Shown here one piece after another: positions 55,815-63,032 of a DNA stretch of 63,032 nt. Position 1 is the stretch's first letter. Every line of letters starts with the position of its first letter. The position numbers were made by a program, and so were the translations under genes. A model generated the notes under the pieces. The model did no database searches. It was not told the origin of the DNA and worked only from the letters and a program-made list of their open reading frames with translations. The stretch comes from Deltaproteobacteria bacterium (GTDB taxonomy: Bacteria > Desulfobacterota > GWC2-55-46 > UBA9637 > GWC2-42-11): assembly GCA_016234925.1 (NCBI GenBank), contig JACRNI010000111.1:1-63032 (forward strand), given 5' to 3'.

Positions 55815-57334
55815 GCCTTAACTCTCCAGAAGATATTGAAATAAGATGCAGTAAACGCCGCCTTTAATTCGTCAAGCAGTCTATCATACAATCCTTTTTT
55901 AAAATATATAAAAACCAGCCTCCATCGGAGCGGCGGATAGGTGAACAGCCCTGAATTTATAGCCCGCCTTGTTTCCCTCATTGCCTCATTATAGTCCTTT
56001 TTTTTTATATGCGCAAGCCCAAGATATGAATGTGTGAAAGGGTTATCAGGCTTTAAAGAGAGCGCCTTTTTAAAATCTTCCACTGCCTTGTCCATGTCAT
56101 TTTTTATCATATGGATATAACCGATATTTCTAAAAGATTCTTCATTATTCGGGTCTATCTTGAGCGCCCTGTTATAATTAAACATCGCATCATCCCATTT
56201 CTTTTTCTTCCTATAAATATTTCCAAGTCTTGTTAAAAACTGGGGATTGTCAGGGTCAAGTTCAAGCATCTTTTTATATTCATCTTCAGCATCTTTTAAT
56301 CTGCCCCTGTTTTCAAATAACGGCCCTTTATTATTATATAAAGTCCTGTATGAAGGGTCTTGAGAGACTGCCTTGTGATAATAATCTTTTGCCTCTTTTT
56401 TTAAACCTGTCTCGTAATATATATTGGATAGATGAAAATATATTGCAGCGCAGTCAGGATAAATATTTTCCGCCTCTTTTAAAAAGTGAATTGCATCTTC
56501 ATGCGATTTAGCGTCTATTGCCTGTATTATCAGGGAAACTGCCCTGTCAAATCCCCCCTCACCCCCCTTTTCTAAAGGGGGGGCGCCCTCTGGGCGCGGG
56601 GGATTTTTATCCCCCGATAGAAACATTCGAGGGCAGGCTCCCTGATTGCGTCCATTAAAGAGATAAGCCAGATAATCGCCTATGAATTTATACCCAATGG
56701 GCGTAAACCCTCCTTCCACTGAATATGCTATTGTAACAAGGTCTGATTTCAAACCCTTTTCTTCTAATATTTTTATAAATTGAGCAGGCTCAAGCCATAA
56801 TTTTTCCTGAGCGATAAAATAATCCACATCTATATCCAGAAGCACATCTTCTTCAAATTTGGGCAAATCCCTTAATCTGCATATAACCAATCTTATATCG
56901 CATATTTTAGTTTCTAAATAATCGCCCTGCAATCTTAATCCGTGTTTTTCTTCTGGATTAGATTTGATTATATCATCTATCTCTTTTTTAAAACGGCTGA
57001 GCCTTTGCCTGCCGGAAAATACTGAATCAGGGACAACCCAGTAGAATTCACGGACAATATCCTCTTTGATTGCAGGATATATGTAGTTGCCTATATGAGT
57101 AAGTTCATCCTTTTTTTTATTGCTTATATTCCAGAAAAGATTTTCCTTTGCCAATCTCTTAAAATCAGAGATGGTTTTTGCATTAAGTATTTCATGCGGA
57201 TCTTTGTCCGCAATCCATGCAAAGTCAAAGTGCGCGTCAACATGAACGAGAATCTTGTTTTTCTGGCATGCCTTTATCCAGCATAAAAGCGCGTCATTAT
57301 GGTTTTCCATCAAGGATATATTTTTACTGAGCAT
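55799..57334 (-). CDS. UPF0489-like (arginase/deacetylase-fold-like) N-terminal domain + TPR repeats
   Basis: 511 aa. VHVDAHFDF ... LLDIDVDYF in the N-terminal half. At least 5 TPR-like repeats in the C-terminal half. A repeat-element insertion lies between them. Confidence 0.65.
   Translation of the reverse strand: MLSKNISLMENHNDALLCWIKACQKNKILVHVDAHFDFAWIADKDPHEILNAKTISDFKRLAKENLFWNISNKKKDELTHIGNYIYPAIKEDIVREFYWVVPDSVFSGRQRLSRFKKEIDDIIKSNPEEKHGLRLQGDYLETKICDIRLVICRLRDLPKFEEDVLLDIDVDYFIAQEKLWLEPAQFIKILEEKGLKSDLVTIAYSVEGGFTPIGYKFIGDYLAYLFNGRNQGACPRMFLSGDKNPPRPEGAPPLEKGGEGGFDRAVSLIIQAIDAKSHEDAIHFLKEAENIYPDCAAIYFHLSNIYYETGLKKEAKDYYHKAVSQDPSYRTLYNNKGPLFENRGRLKDAEDEYKKMLELDPDNPQFLTRLGNIYRKKKKWDDAMFNYNRALKIDPNNEESFRNIGYIHMIKNDMDKAVEDFKKALSLKPDNPFTHSYLGLAHIKKKDYNEAMRETRRAINSGLFTYPPLRWRLVFIYFKKGLYDRLLDELKAAFTASYFNIFWRVKAWLRY
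56549..56605. repeat. C-run/G-run palindromic element embedded in frame in the UPF0489-TPR CDS
   Basis: aatcccccctcaccccccttttctaaaggggggcgccctctgggcgcgggggatt, translated as KNPPRPEGAPPLEKGGEGGFD. Confidence 0.75.
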
Positions 57335-57437
57335 ATTGTCTTGAAAATCCCTTTCTAATCCCCCTGTATCCCCCTTTAAAAAAGGGGGGAATAAAGATAT
57401 TCCCCTCTTTTCTAAAGGCTAAAAGGGGGGGGATAAA

Positions 57438-57512
57438 GTAGCCGCAACCTTTAGGTTGCGCTGAGAGTCAATAAAATCAATGGGTTGAACGCAGGCTAAA
57501 GCCTGCGACTAC
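57438..57512 (+). repeat. REP unit with long central spacer
   Basis: gtagccgcaacc-ttta-ggttgcg ...31 nt... cgcaggc-taaa-gcctgcgactac. It is preceded by C/G-run elements at 57344..57433. Confidence 0.8.
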
Positions 57513-57735
57513 CATAAAAATGGGGTTATGACACAGTCTGCTAAAGAGGGGTTAGGGGAGATTATTCTCGTCCCTCTTTGTGCCCAGCCCATGTCTGGCA
57601 TGGGCTGGGTTGCCTTTTCAGCAGTAAGACATTAAACATGGGCTGGGCATGACGATTTCTCCATAAGGATATTATAAAGGCGGATTATACTCAATGACTC
57701 TATTTTTGATAAGCCGTTTTTGCTGTGCGAAAAAT

Positions 57736-59220
57736 CTATGAAAAATTGAAATGGCGGAATATCGTCTTGAGGAATAATGCCATATTTCGCAGGATTTCCA
57801 TGTATAAGGCAGCCCGGCGTAAGATAATAGATATTAAAGGTAAAGGATTTCCATGTATAAGGCAGCCCGGCGTAAGATAATAGATATTAAAGGTAACATG
57901 CTTGATGAGTTTTCTATTCTCAACCAAAAAGGTTACTGTTTCCAATGCCTCTTCTTTGGTCTCTGTTGGAAGACCGAGCATCATCTGCAAATCAATTTCA
58001 AGACCGGCATCATAACAATCATTTAACACCCTTTTTGCAATATCAATGTTTATACCTTTTTGCATAAAATCCAAAAGCCTTTGACTTGCTGTTTCAAGAC
58101 CAAAATCTATAGTGCGGCATCCAGCCTTTTTCGCAAGTTCAAAAATATCTTTTGTCCAATGCTTGTCAAGCCTTGTCCAACACCACCATTGAATCTTTAA
58201 ATCTTCTTTTATAATCTCCCTTGATATGCCTCGCATCTGATTGGGAGACATAGCAGGGTCTGATATAATCAACTCTTTTAAAGGATATTTTTGAAGCAGA
58301 TTCTTAATATCTCTGACTACAAGCGATGGGTTCTTTACACGATAGCCTTGTTTTGGATGAGGCAGGTCAACGCAATAGACGCATTTATTCCAGTAACATT
58401 CTCGGGATGTTTCAAATGTAAGGGAGACCTTGCCGTCAGAGGTCGTAGAATATTTGTTTAGCGGCAGTCCATCAAAGTCAGGACATGGAAGGTCATTGAG
58501 TTTCTCAACTGAATGAGATTCACTTAAACTAAAACCGGAAGCGGTTCCCTGATTAAAACCTTCAGGGACAGGTTTATATATAAGATTTGGAATATTTGAT
58601 AAATCACCGCCATTAGAAAGTTCACAAATGAGCCTAAAAAGCGGGGTCTCGCCTTCAAAAAATATAGCGCTGTCAAAAAATGCAGTAAGGTCATTTCTTT
58701 TTAATATCTCTTTTTTGTATAAAGATACCCACTGTCCTCCAATAACTATATGAATTTTTAAACCTGTTTGTTTTAATAAATATCCGAGTGTAAAACTGAA
58801 TATGACTTGAGACGGAGAGATGATAGAGAGACCAAGTATCCTGATTTTCCGCTGGATGATTTCATCAATAAGTTTTTTTTCCAGTATAAACCTGTGAAAT
58901 GGATTTTCTTTGGAATCATTTATAAATTGAAAAAGCAGAGGTGATGACAAAATCCTTTCTGTAAAAAAAAACGATGAATAGGTATTATCATTATACGGCA
59001 TTTCACTTGCAGGTTTATCAGGCAAGAGATGTTTATAAGGACTGTTTTTATTTATATCTCCTGAATCACCCGAATCAAATGCCAAGCAGTATTCCATATT
59101 CCAGTCAACCTGCTCTGCTTCAACTCCTTTTGACTTTAAATATCCAAGGAGCGCAGGTGTGCCAAGGGGCGGGTAATCAATTCCGTATTTAGGAGGTATG
59201 ACTAGAAGGGTTTTTAACAT
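57736..59220 (-). CDS. B12-binding-domain radical SAM enzyme; C-terminus frameshifted by a 53-nt tandem duplication
   Basis: 494 aa. N-terminus LLVIPPKYGIDYPPLGTPALLGYLKSKG and ILGLSIISPSQ (B12-binding-type). Cluster region SRECYWNKCVYC. The tail after ...LIHGNP is out of frame. Confidence 0.75.
   Translation of the reverse strand: MLKTLLVIPPKYGIDYPPLGTPALLGYLKSKGVEAEQVDWNMEYCLAFDSGDSGDINKNSPYKHLLPDKPASEMPYNDNTYSSFFFTERILSSPLLFQFINDSKENPFHRFILEKKLIDEIIQRKIRILGLSIISPSQVIFSFTLGYLLKQTGLKIHIVIGGQWVSLYKKEILKRNDLTAFFDSAIFFEGETPLFRLICELSNGGDLSNIPNLIYKPVPEGFNQGTASGFSLSESHSVEKLNDLPCPDFDGLPLNKYSTTSDGKVSLTFETSRECYWNKCVYCVDLPHPKQGYRVKNPSLVVRDIKNLLQKYPLKELIISDPAMSPNQMRGISREIIKEDLKIQWWCWTRLDKHWTKDIFELAKKAGCRTIDFGLETASQRLLDFMQKGINIDIAKRVLNDCYDAGLEIDLQMMLGLPTETKEEALETVTFLVENRKLIKHVTFNIYYLTPGCLIHGNPLPLISIILRRAALYMEILRNMALFLKTIFRHFNFS
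57791..57896 (+). repeat. Perfect 2 x 53-nt tandem duplication inside the B12-rSAM CDS
   Basis: aggatttccatgtataaggcagcccggcgtaagataatagatattaaaggtaa occurs at 57791..57843 and again at 57844..57896. Confidence 0.95.
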
Positions 59221-59366
59221 CTCTTTTTAGGCTGTTGCAAAAGCCATCAACAGCCCTGATCTTTTATCTGTGTAATCAGAGATTGTTGAGTTTTTCAACA
59301 AGCTCTTTTTAGGTGGATAAATTCTCTAAATTCATGATTATGATGCTTGCGTCAGTAATTGCAAAT

Positions 59367-59801
59367 TTAAAAATTCCACCTCCTTATACTATAAAGAACA
59401 GATGTAAAAGAAGACGTTGAGTATGCAAGCCTGCTTAAAACAGAGAAAAGTCCTTTTCTGATGTTTAATGTTATTCCCCGCTTTTCAACAGCATATACCC
59501 TTCCAATAATGTCTTTTTCTCGCAATGGCTCGTCCTCAGACGAAAATGTATCGCCCTTTGTCAAAAAGATAAATCCGTTATTTTTTTGTTCAATGCCAAC
59601 GAGTCTGTGTGCAACCATGTTTTCACCTCTTCTGTAAAGGACAATATCTCCAACAGATAAGTCCGATATTTCTACAGGTTCTACATATATTTTATTACCT
59701 TTTCTTAAAATAGGCGACATACTGCTCCCTATTACATAAATCTTCATATTTATATTATTATCCCGAAGGTCTTCTGCAAGTTTAAGATAATTTATACTCA
59801 A
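59367..59801 (-). CDS. S24/S26-family serine peptidase (signal-peptidase-I/LexA-fold-like)
   Basis: 144 aa from a TTG start. IGSSMSPILRKGNKIYVEP (nucleophile Ser) and GDIVLYRRGENMVAHRLVG. Confidence 0.7.
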   Translation of the reverse strand: MSINYLKLAEDLRDNNINMKIYVIGSSMSPILRKGNKIYVEPVEISDLSVGDIVLYRRGENMVAHRLVGIEQKNNGFIFLTKGDTFSSEDEPLREKDIIGRVYAVEKRGITLNIRKGLFSVLSRLAYSTSSFTSVLYSIRRWNF

Positions 59802-59953
59802 AGATTCCTCACAAAATCAGGGTTTACGTTTCTGATGGACGGCTGCATGCTCCATCCGTTTGCGCTGAACCTTATGCTGCTGCCCTGTTTCAGGAGCGCA
59901 TCAGCCACATTAAAAAAATCTTCTTTATTGCATGAAAGGCTCTTATTAGGCAT
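59798..59953 (-). other. 51-codon ORF resembling a second, truncated S24-peptidase N-terminus
   Basis: MPNKSLSCNKEDFFNVADALLKQGSSIRFSANGWSMQPSIRNVNPDFVRNL. The ATG overlaps the pqqD-like stop by 8 nt. The stop overlaps the TTG of the next ORF in another frame. It aligns with LAEDLRDNNINMKIYVIGSSMSPILRKGNKIYV of the following gene. Confidence 0.4.
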
Positions 59954-60236
59954 GAGCTGCTTCTATAGATTCTGTCTTTAGCAGTTGATTGATAAATGAA
60001 AGGAGGTCGTTCTTTGCAGTCTCCCTTTCCACATCATATGCCTCAATGATGCTATCCAATATTTCGTCAAGAGCCCTCTTCCCATCTATAAATTCCCATA
60101 TAAGCGCGCCTACTTCATTTAATACATATATGCAGTTCAGGTCAGCCACCTTATGACGAACAGGCACAAGTATAAACTCGTCGGCAATCTTTCTAAAAAC
60201 TATGTCTGGATTTTTTGAATATATTTTTTCTACCAT
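59946..60236 (-). CDS. PqqD-family protein (stand-alone RiPP recognition element)
   Basis: 96 aa. VFRKIADEFILVPV...CIYVLNEVGALIWEFIDGKRALDEILDSI. Confidence 0.8.
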   Translation of the reverse strand: MVEKIYSKNPDIVFRKIADEFILVPVRHKVADLNCIYVLNEVGALIWEFIDGKRALDEILDSIIEAYDVERETAKNDLLSFINQLLKTESIEAAHA

Positions 60237-60239
60237 ATT

Positions 60240-61253
60240 TTACTCAAAATATGCGGATATTATCTGCAGGAGGTGCTGTTTGGTCATATCCACAATCTTT
60301 AGCGTCTGCATCTTTTGTCCATCGGCATCATAGAGTATTTCAACAACAGGCCTAAGCGGCGCAAGTTTGTTGGCAGTAACAACCCGGCCGACCTCTTTTG
60401 AATTAAGCCTGACATAGATGCCCTTTGGAAATCCTGAAAACTCATTTATTAAAGCCTTTATTATATTCTGCGGGAATTGGTTTTTTGCCGTTGCTATTAT
60501 GTATTTTACAGCGTCAAACGGCAGATACCTGTTCCTATATGGCCTTGGGTGTATCAATGCAGCATACATATCGGATATGCCTATTATGAAAGAATAGTCA
60601 AATATATCGCCATGCTTAAGTCCGTCAGGGTAACCAGAGCCGTCATACCTTTCATGCTCCTGATATATCTCGTCAGCAATTTCTTTGTATTTTTCGCCTA
60701 GTTTGCGCAAGATATTAGACCCGTATTCAGGGTGTTTCTTTATCGTAGAAAATTCTTCAGGGGACAGTTTGCCGCTCTTTTTTATTATTTCAGGCGGCAT
60801 CATAAGCATCCCCACATCATGGAAAAACGCAAGTATTGCAAGGGTCTCTAATTTATCGCTTTTAAGTTTTAGTCCTATGCCTATCCTTATTGCAATTACC
60901 GTAGTATTCAAGCAGTGCAGCACGGTATGCATTACAACATCCTCTTCCTTTTCCTCTTTGTAAACAATCTGCAGCCATGTGTCTGCCTCTATTTGAAGCT
61001 GCGATACAAAATCCTTTGAGAATGGGAGCATTGGCTCAATGGAAAAATCCTCTTTATTCTTTATAAGTTGAAATATCTTGAAGAGACTATCTCTGGCGCC
61101 GTAATACAGTCCTCTTACCTTGTTCAATTCATGTTCAAATGCAAGATTGGACGCCTGTTCCATTTCCCTAAATGAAAATTCTTTTTCTTTTGATACAACT
61201 GTTTTTATAGTATCTGTTGTTCTAGCCATTCTATGCCCCGTGTTTTTCCTCAT
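60240..61253 (-). CDS. HD-GYP domain protein
   Basis: 337 aa. FFHDVGM and HERYDGSGYPDGL. Confidence 0.8.
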   Translation of the reverse strand: MRKNTGHRMARTTDTIKTVVSKEKEFSFREMEQASNLAFEHELNKVRGLYYGARDSLFKIFQLIKNKEDFSIEPMLPFSKDFVSQLQIEADTWLQIVYKEEKEEDVVMHTVLHCLNTTVIAIRIGIGLKLKSDKLETLAILAFFHDVGMLMMPPEIIKKSGKLSPEEFSTIKKHPEYGSNILRKLGEKYKEIADEIYQEHERYDGSGYPDGLKHGDIFDYSFIIGISDMYAALIHPRPYRNRYLPFDAVKYIIATAKNQFPQNIIKALINEFSGFPKGIYVRLNSKEVGRVVTANKLAPLRPVVEILYDADGQKMQTLKIVDMTKQHLLQIISAYFE

Positions 61254-62064
61254 CAGCCAAGACCTTCATCACAGTTGCCGCATCTACACAATATTTCCTT
61301 TCAAAATAACCTGCAAGGAGAGAGAGGTCGCATAATTGATTTATCCTTCTTGGAACACCGCCCGTATGCTGGTGTATCAATTCCATTGCCTTCATAGTAA
61401 ATATAGAATCTTCTGCGCCTACATATCTTAATCTAAAGATAATGTAATTTTTTGTATCATCAACTCCAAAGTGCCTTAAATGATATTTTATTGTAATTCT
61501 CTGTTCAAGAGGTTTTATATTTTGGATTATCTTTTTTAACTCGGGCTGACCAATAAGTATCAATGTTAAAAGAAACCTGTCATTGAGTTGAAAATTTAGC
61601 AGAAGCCTTATTTCCTCAAGTATGCTTACATCAGTAATCAGGTGCGCCTCATCTATCATTAAAACCGTTTTTTTGCCCTTTTGAAAATTGGATATGAGTT
61701 TATCATTTATCTCATGGAGCAGGTCTAATTTTCCAGCGGCTAAAGACCTTATGTCAAATTGATATAGTATCTCTCTTAAAAAATCAATGATACTAAGTGC
61801 AGGATTTGTAATTATGCCAATATCAATATCCTCATTTGCCAGTCTTCTTACAATCGCCCTGCTGACTGTTGTTTTTCCTGCGCCAACCTCGCCTGTAAAT
61901 AATACACCGCCCTTGTTGCCTCTTATAGCATAAATTATTCTTGTTATTGCCTCTTCGTGCATGAAAGAGGGATAATATGTGTCGGGGTTAGGAACATTCT
62001 GGAACGGCGCAGCATTTAAACCCCAGTATTTTTCGTACAAATTACCTCCCCAACAACAAAACAA
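61231..62064 (-). CDS. ExeA/GspA/MshM-like AAA ATPase
   Basis: 277 aa. Walker A FTGEVGAGKTT, Walker B VLMIDEAH. Overlaps the next gene by 23 nt. Confidence 0.75.
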   Translation of the reverse strand: MFCCWGGNLYEKYWGLNAAPFQNVPNPDTYYPSFMHEEAITRIIYAIRGNKGGVLFTGEVGAGKTTVSRAIVRRLANEDIDIGIITNPALSIIDFLREILYQFDIRSLAAGKLDLLHEINDKLISNFQKGKKTVLMIDEAHLITDVSILEEIRLLLNFQLNDRFLLTLILIGQPELKKIIQNIKPLEQRITIKYHLRHFGVDDTKNYIIFRLRYVGAEDSIFTMKAMELIHQHTGGVPRRINQLCDLSLLAGYFERKYCVDAATVMKVLADEEKHGA

Positions 62065-62211
62065 ATAAATAAAACCCTATATTGGTATAACTATATTAAC
62101 TTTTTTATAACAATGTCAAATACTTTGTGCGCCTGTGTCCTGCCATGTATTTAATTTTTATCTTCTAAATCAGGTATATTTATATTATACTAAACCGACA
62201 AAAATAACCAT

Positions 62212-62287
62212 GCGCCTGTAGCTCAGGGGATAGAGCATCGGCCTCCGAAGCCGGGTGCCGCAGGTTCAAATCCTGCCAGGCGCGCCA
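62212..62287 (+). tRNA. tRNA-Arg (anticodon CCG), CCA encoded
   Basis: Acceptor GCGCCTG/CAGGCGC, anticodon arm TCGGC-CTCCGAA-GCCGG, T arm GCAGG-TTCAAAT-CCTGC. Confidence 0.9.
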
Positions 62288-62381
62288 GATATTAAATGTA
62301 AGGCGTGAGATATAAGATGTAAAATTAGTATTTCTTACATTTCACATTTCTAACCCCCTCACTGTTTTATGCACTGCACTT

Positions 62382-63032
62382 ATGAAACCTAGTGTCCATA
62401 AAAAACACTCATCAACGCTTTGCATCCTGCCGACTGCCTTAATGGTTGAGGAAGAGTTAAAAAGGATTGCAAGAGAATCGGGTCTTGTAACAGGTTACAG
62501 GGTGATGACATTCCCTGAACTAATGAATATTTTATCAAATGATTTTTCTGTAAAACAACGGCAAATATCCTCCATCGGCGAACTCCTGCTCATCAAGGAT
62601 GCAGCAGATGCTGTGCTAAAAGATGCAGATGATGCATGCCTTTCTCCAATTAAAGACTCTCCCCTCTTTTACCGCTCTCTCTATAAATTCATAAGGGAAC
62701 TGAGACAGGCAATCATAGGTTCAAAGGATTTTGAATATGCAGTAAAGCCTGTCAAAAATAAAAAATACTCTCTCCTTGCCTCCATCTATTCATCATATGA
62801 AAAGAGCCTTTCCTCTTTAAACCTGACTGATGATATAGGCAGACAATGGTCAATACTTAAAGGGCTCGAAGATTATGCAGGGCTTCCGCCGTCCCTTTCA
62901 AATATTGAAAAGATTGTTATAGATGGTTTTTATGACCTCACGCAGATTCAACGAAAACTTGTAAAGGCATTTATAGATAAGGGCATAGATAGAAGCATAA
63001 TTCCGATATACAGCCTTGAAAATCCTGATGCA
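62382..63032 (+). CDS. AddB-like helicase-nuclease subunit, N-terminal part (open to the right edge)
   Basis: I translated 217 codons with no stop. MKPSVHKKHSSTLCILPTALMVEEELKRIA...VMTFPELMN...IVIDGFYDLTQIQRKLVKAF resembles the degenerate N-terminal helicase domain of AddB/PD-(D/E)XK family proteins. Confidence 0.5.
   Translation, partial: MKPSVHKKHSSTLCILPTALMVEEELKRIARESGLVTGYRVMTFPELMNILSNDFSVKQRQISSIGELLLIKDAADAVLKDADDACLSPIKDSPLFYRSLYKFIRELRQAIIGSKDFEYAVKPVKNKKYSLLASIYSSYEKSLSSLNLTDDIGRQWSILKGLEDYAGLPPSLSNIEKIVIDGFYDLTQIQRKLVKAFIDKGIDRSIIPIYSLENPDA

Overview
63-kb window from an A+T-rich, repeat-riddled bacterial genome; the taxon cannot be assigned from the sequence alone. Most genes are on the minus strand.

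(1) 1-5.3 kb: a type V-A CRISPR-Cas operon, cas12a-cas4-cas1 plus the first codons of cas2. No CRISPR array is in the window. cas12a is broken by a single 1-nt frameshift.

(2) 5.6-21.5 kb: mostly signalling and housekeeping genes. These include two HD-GYP loci (one decayed), a HAMP/PAS sensor, a hybrid histidine kinase, a BNR propeller, a nuclease, moaD-moaE(deleted)-mog, an E2 acyltransferase, tRNA-Phe and tRNA-Arg. A RAYT (REP-associated Y1 transposase) sits between doublets of GTAG...CTAC REP units.

(3) 21.7-52.3 kb: one co-directional polysaccharide locus. It has a WecA-like initiator, amino-sugar tailoring genes, 5 GT4-like, 2 GT9 and 2 GT-C/ArnT-like transferases, 4 methyltransferases, Wzx, Wzy, Wzc and Wza.

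(4) 52.3-62.1 kb: upstream of that locus, in the same direction, lies a RiPP-like cassette. It contains a PqqD/RRE protein, an S24-like peptidase, a B12-radical SAM enzyme, a UPF0489-TPR protein, an RRE-fused radical SAM/SPASM enzyme, an HprK-like kinase, and an NTP_transf_5-like nucleotidyltransferase fused to Wza. It also holds an unannotated 52-aa two-Cys peptide gene with a YxxPxI leader motif. This cassette is my best candidate for an undescribed system.

Several families of small palindromic repeats occupy intergenic DNA. They are also inserted in frame in four CDSs and supply the 3' ends of others.
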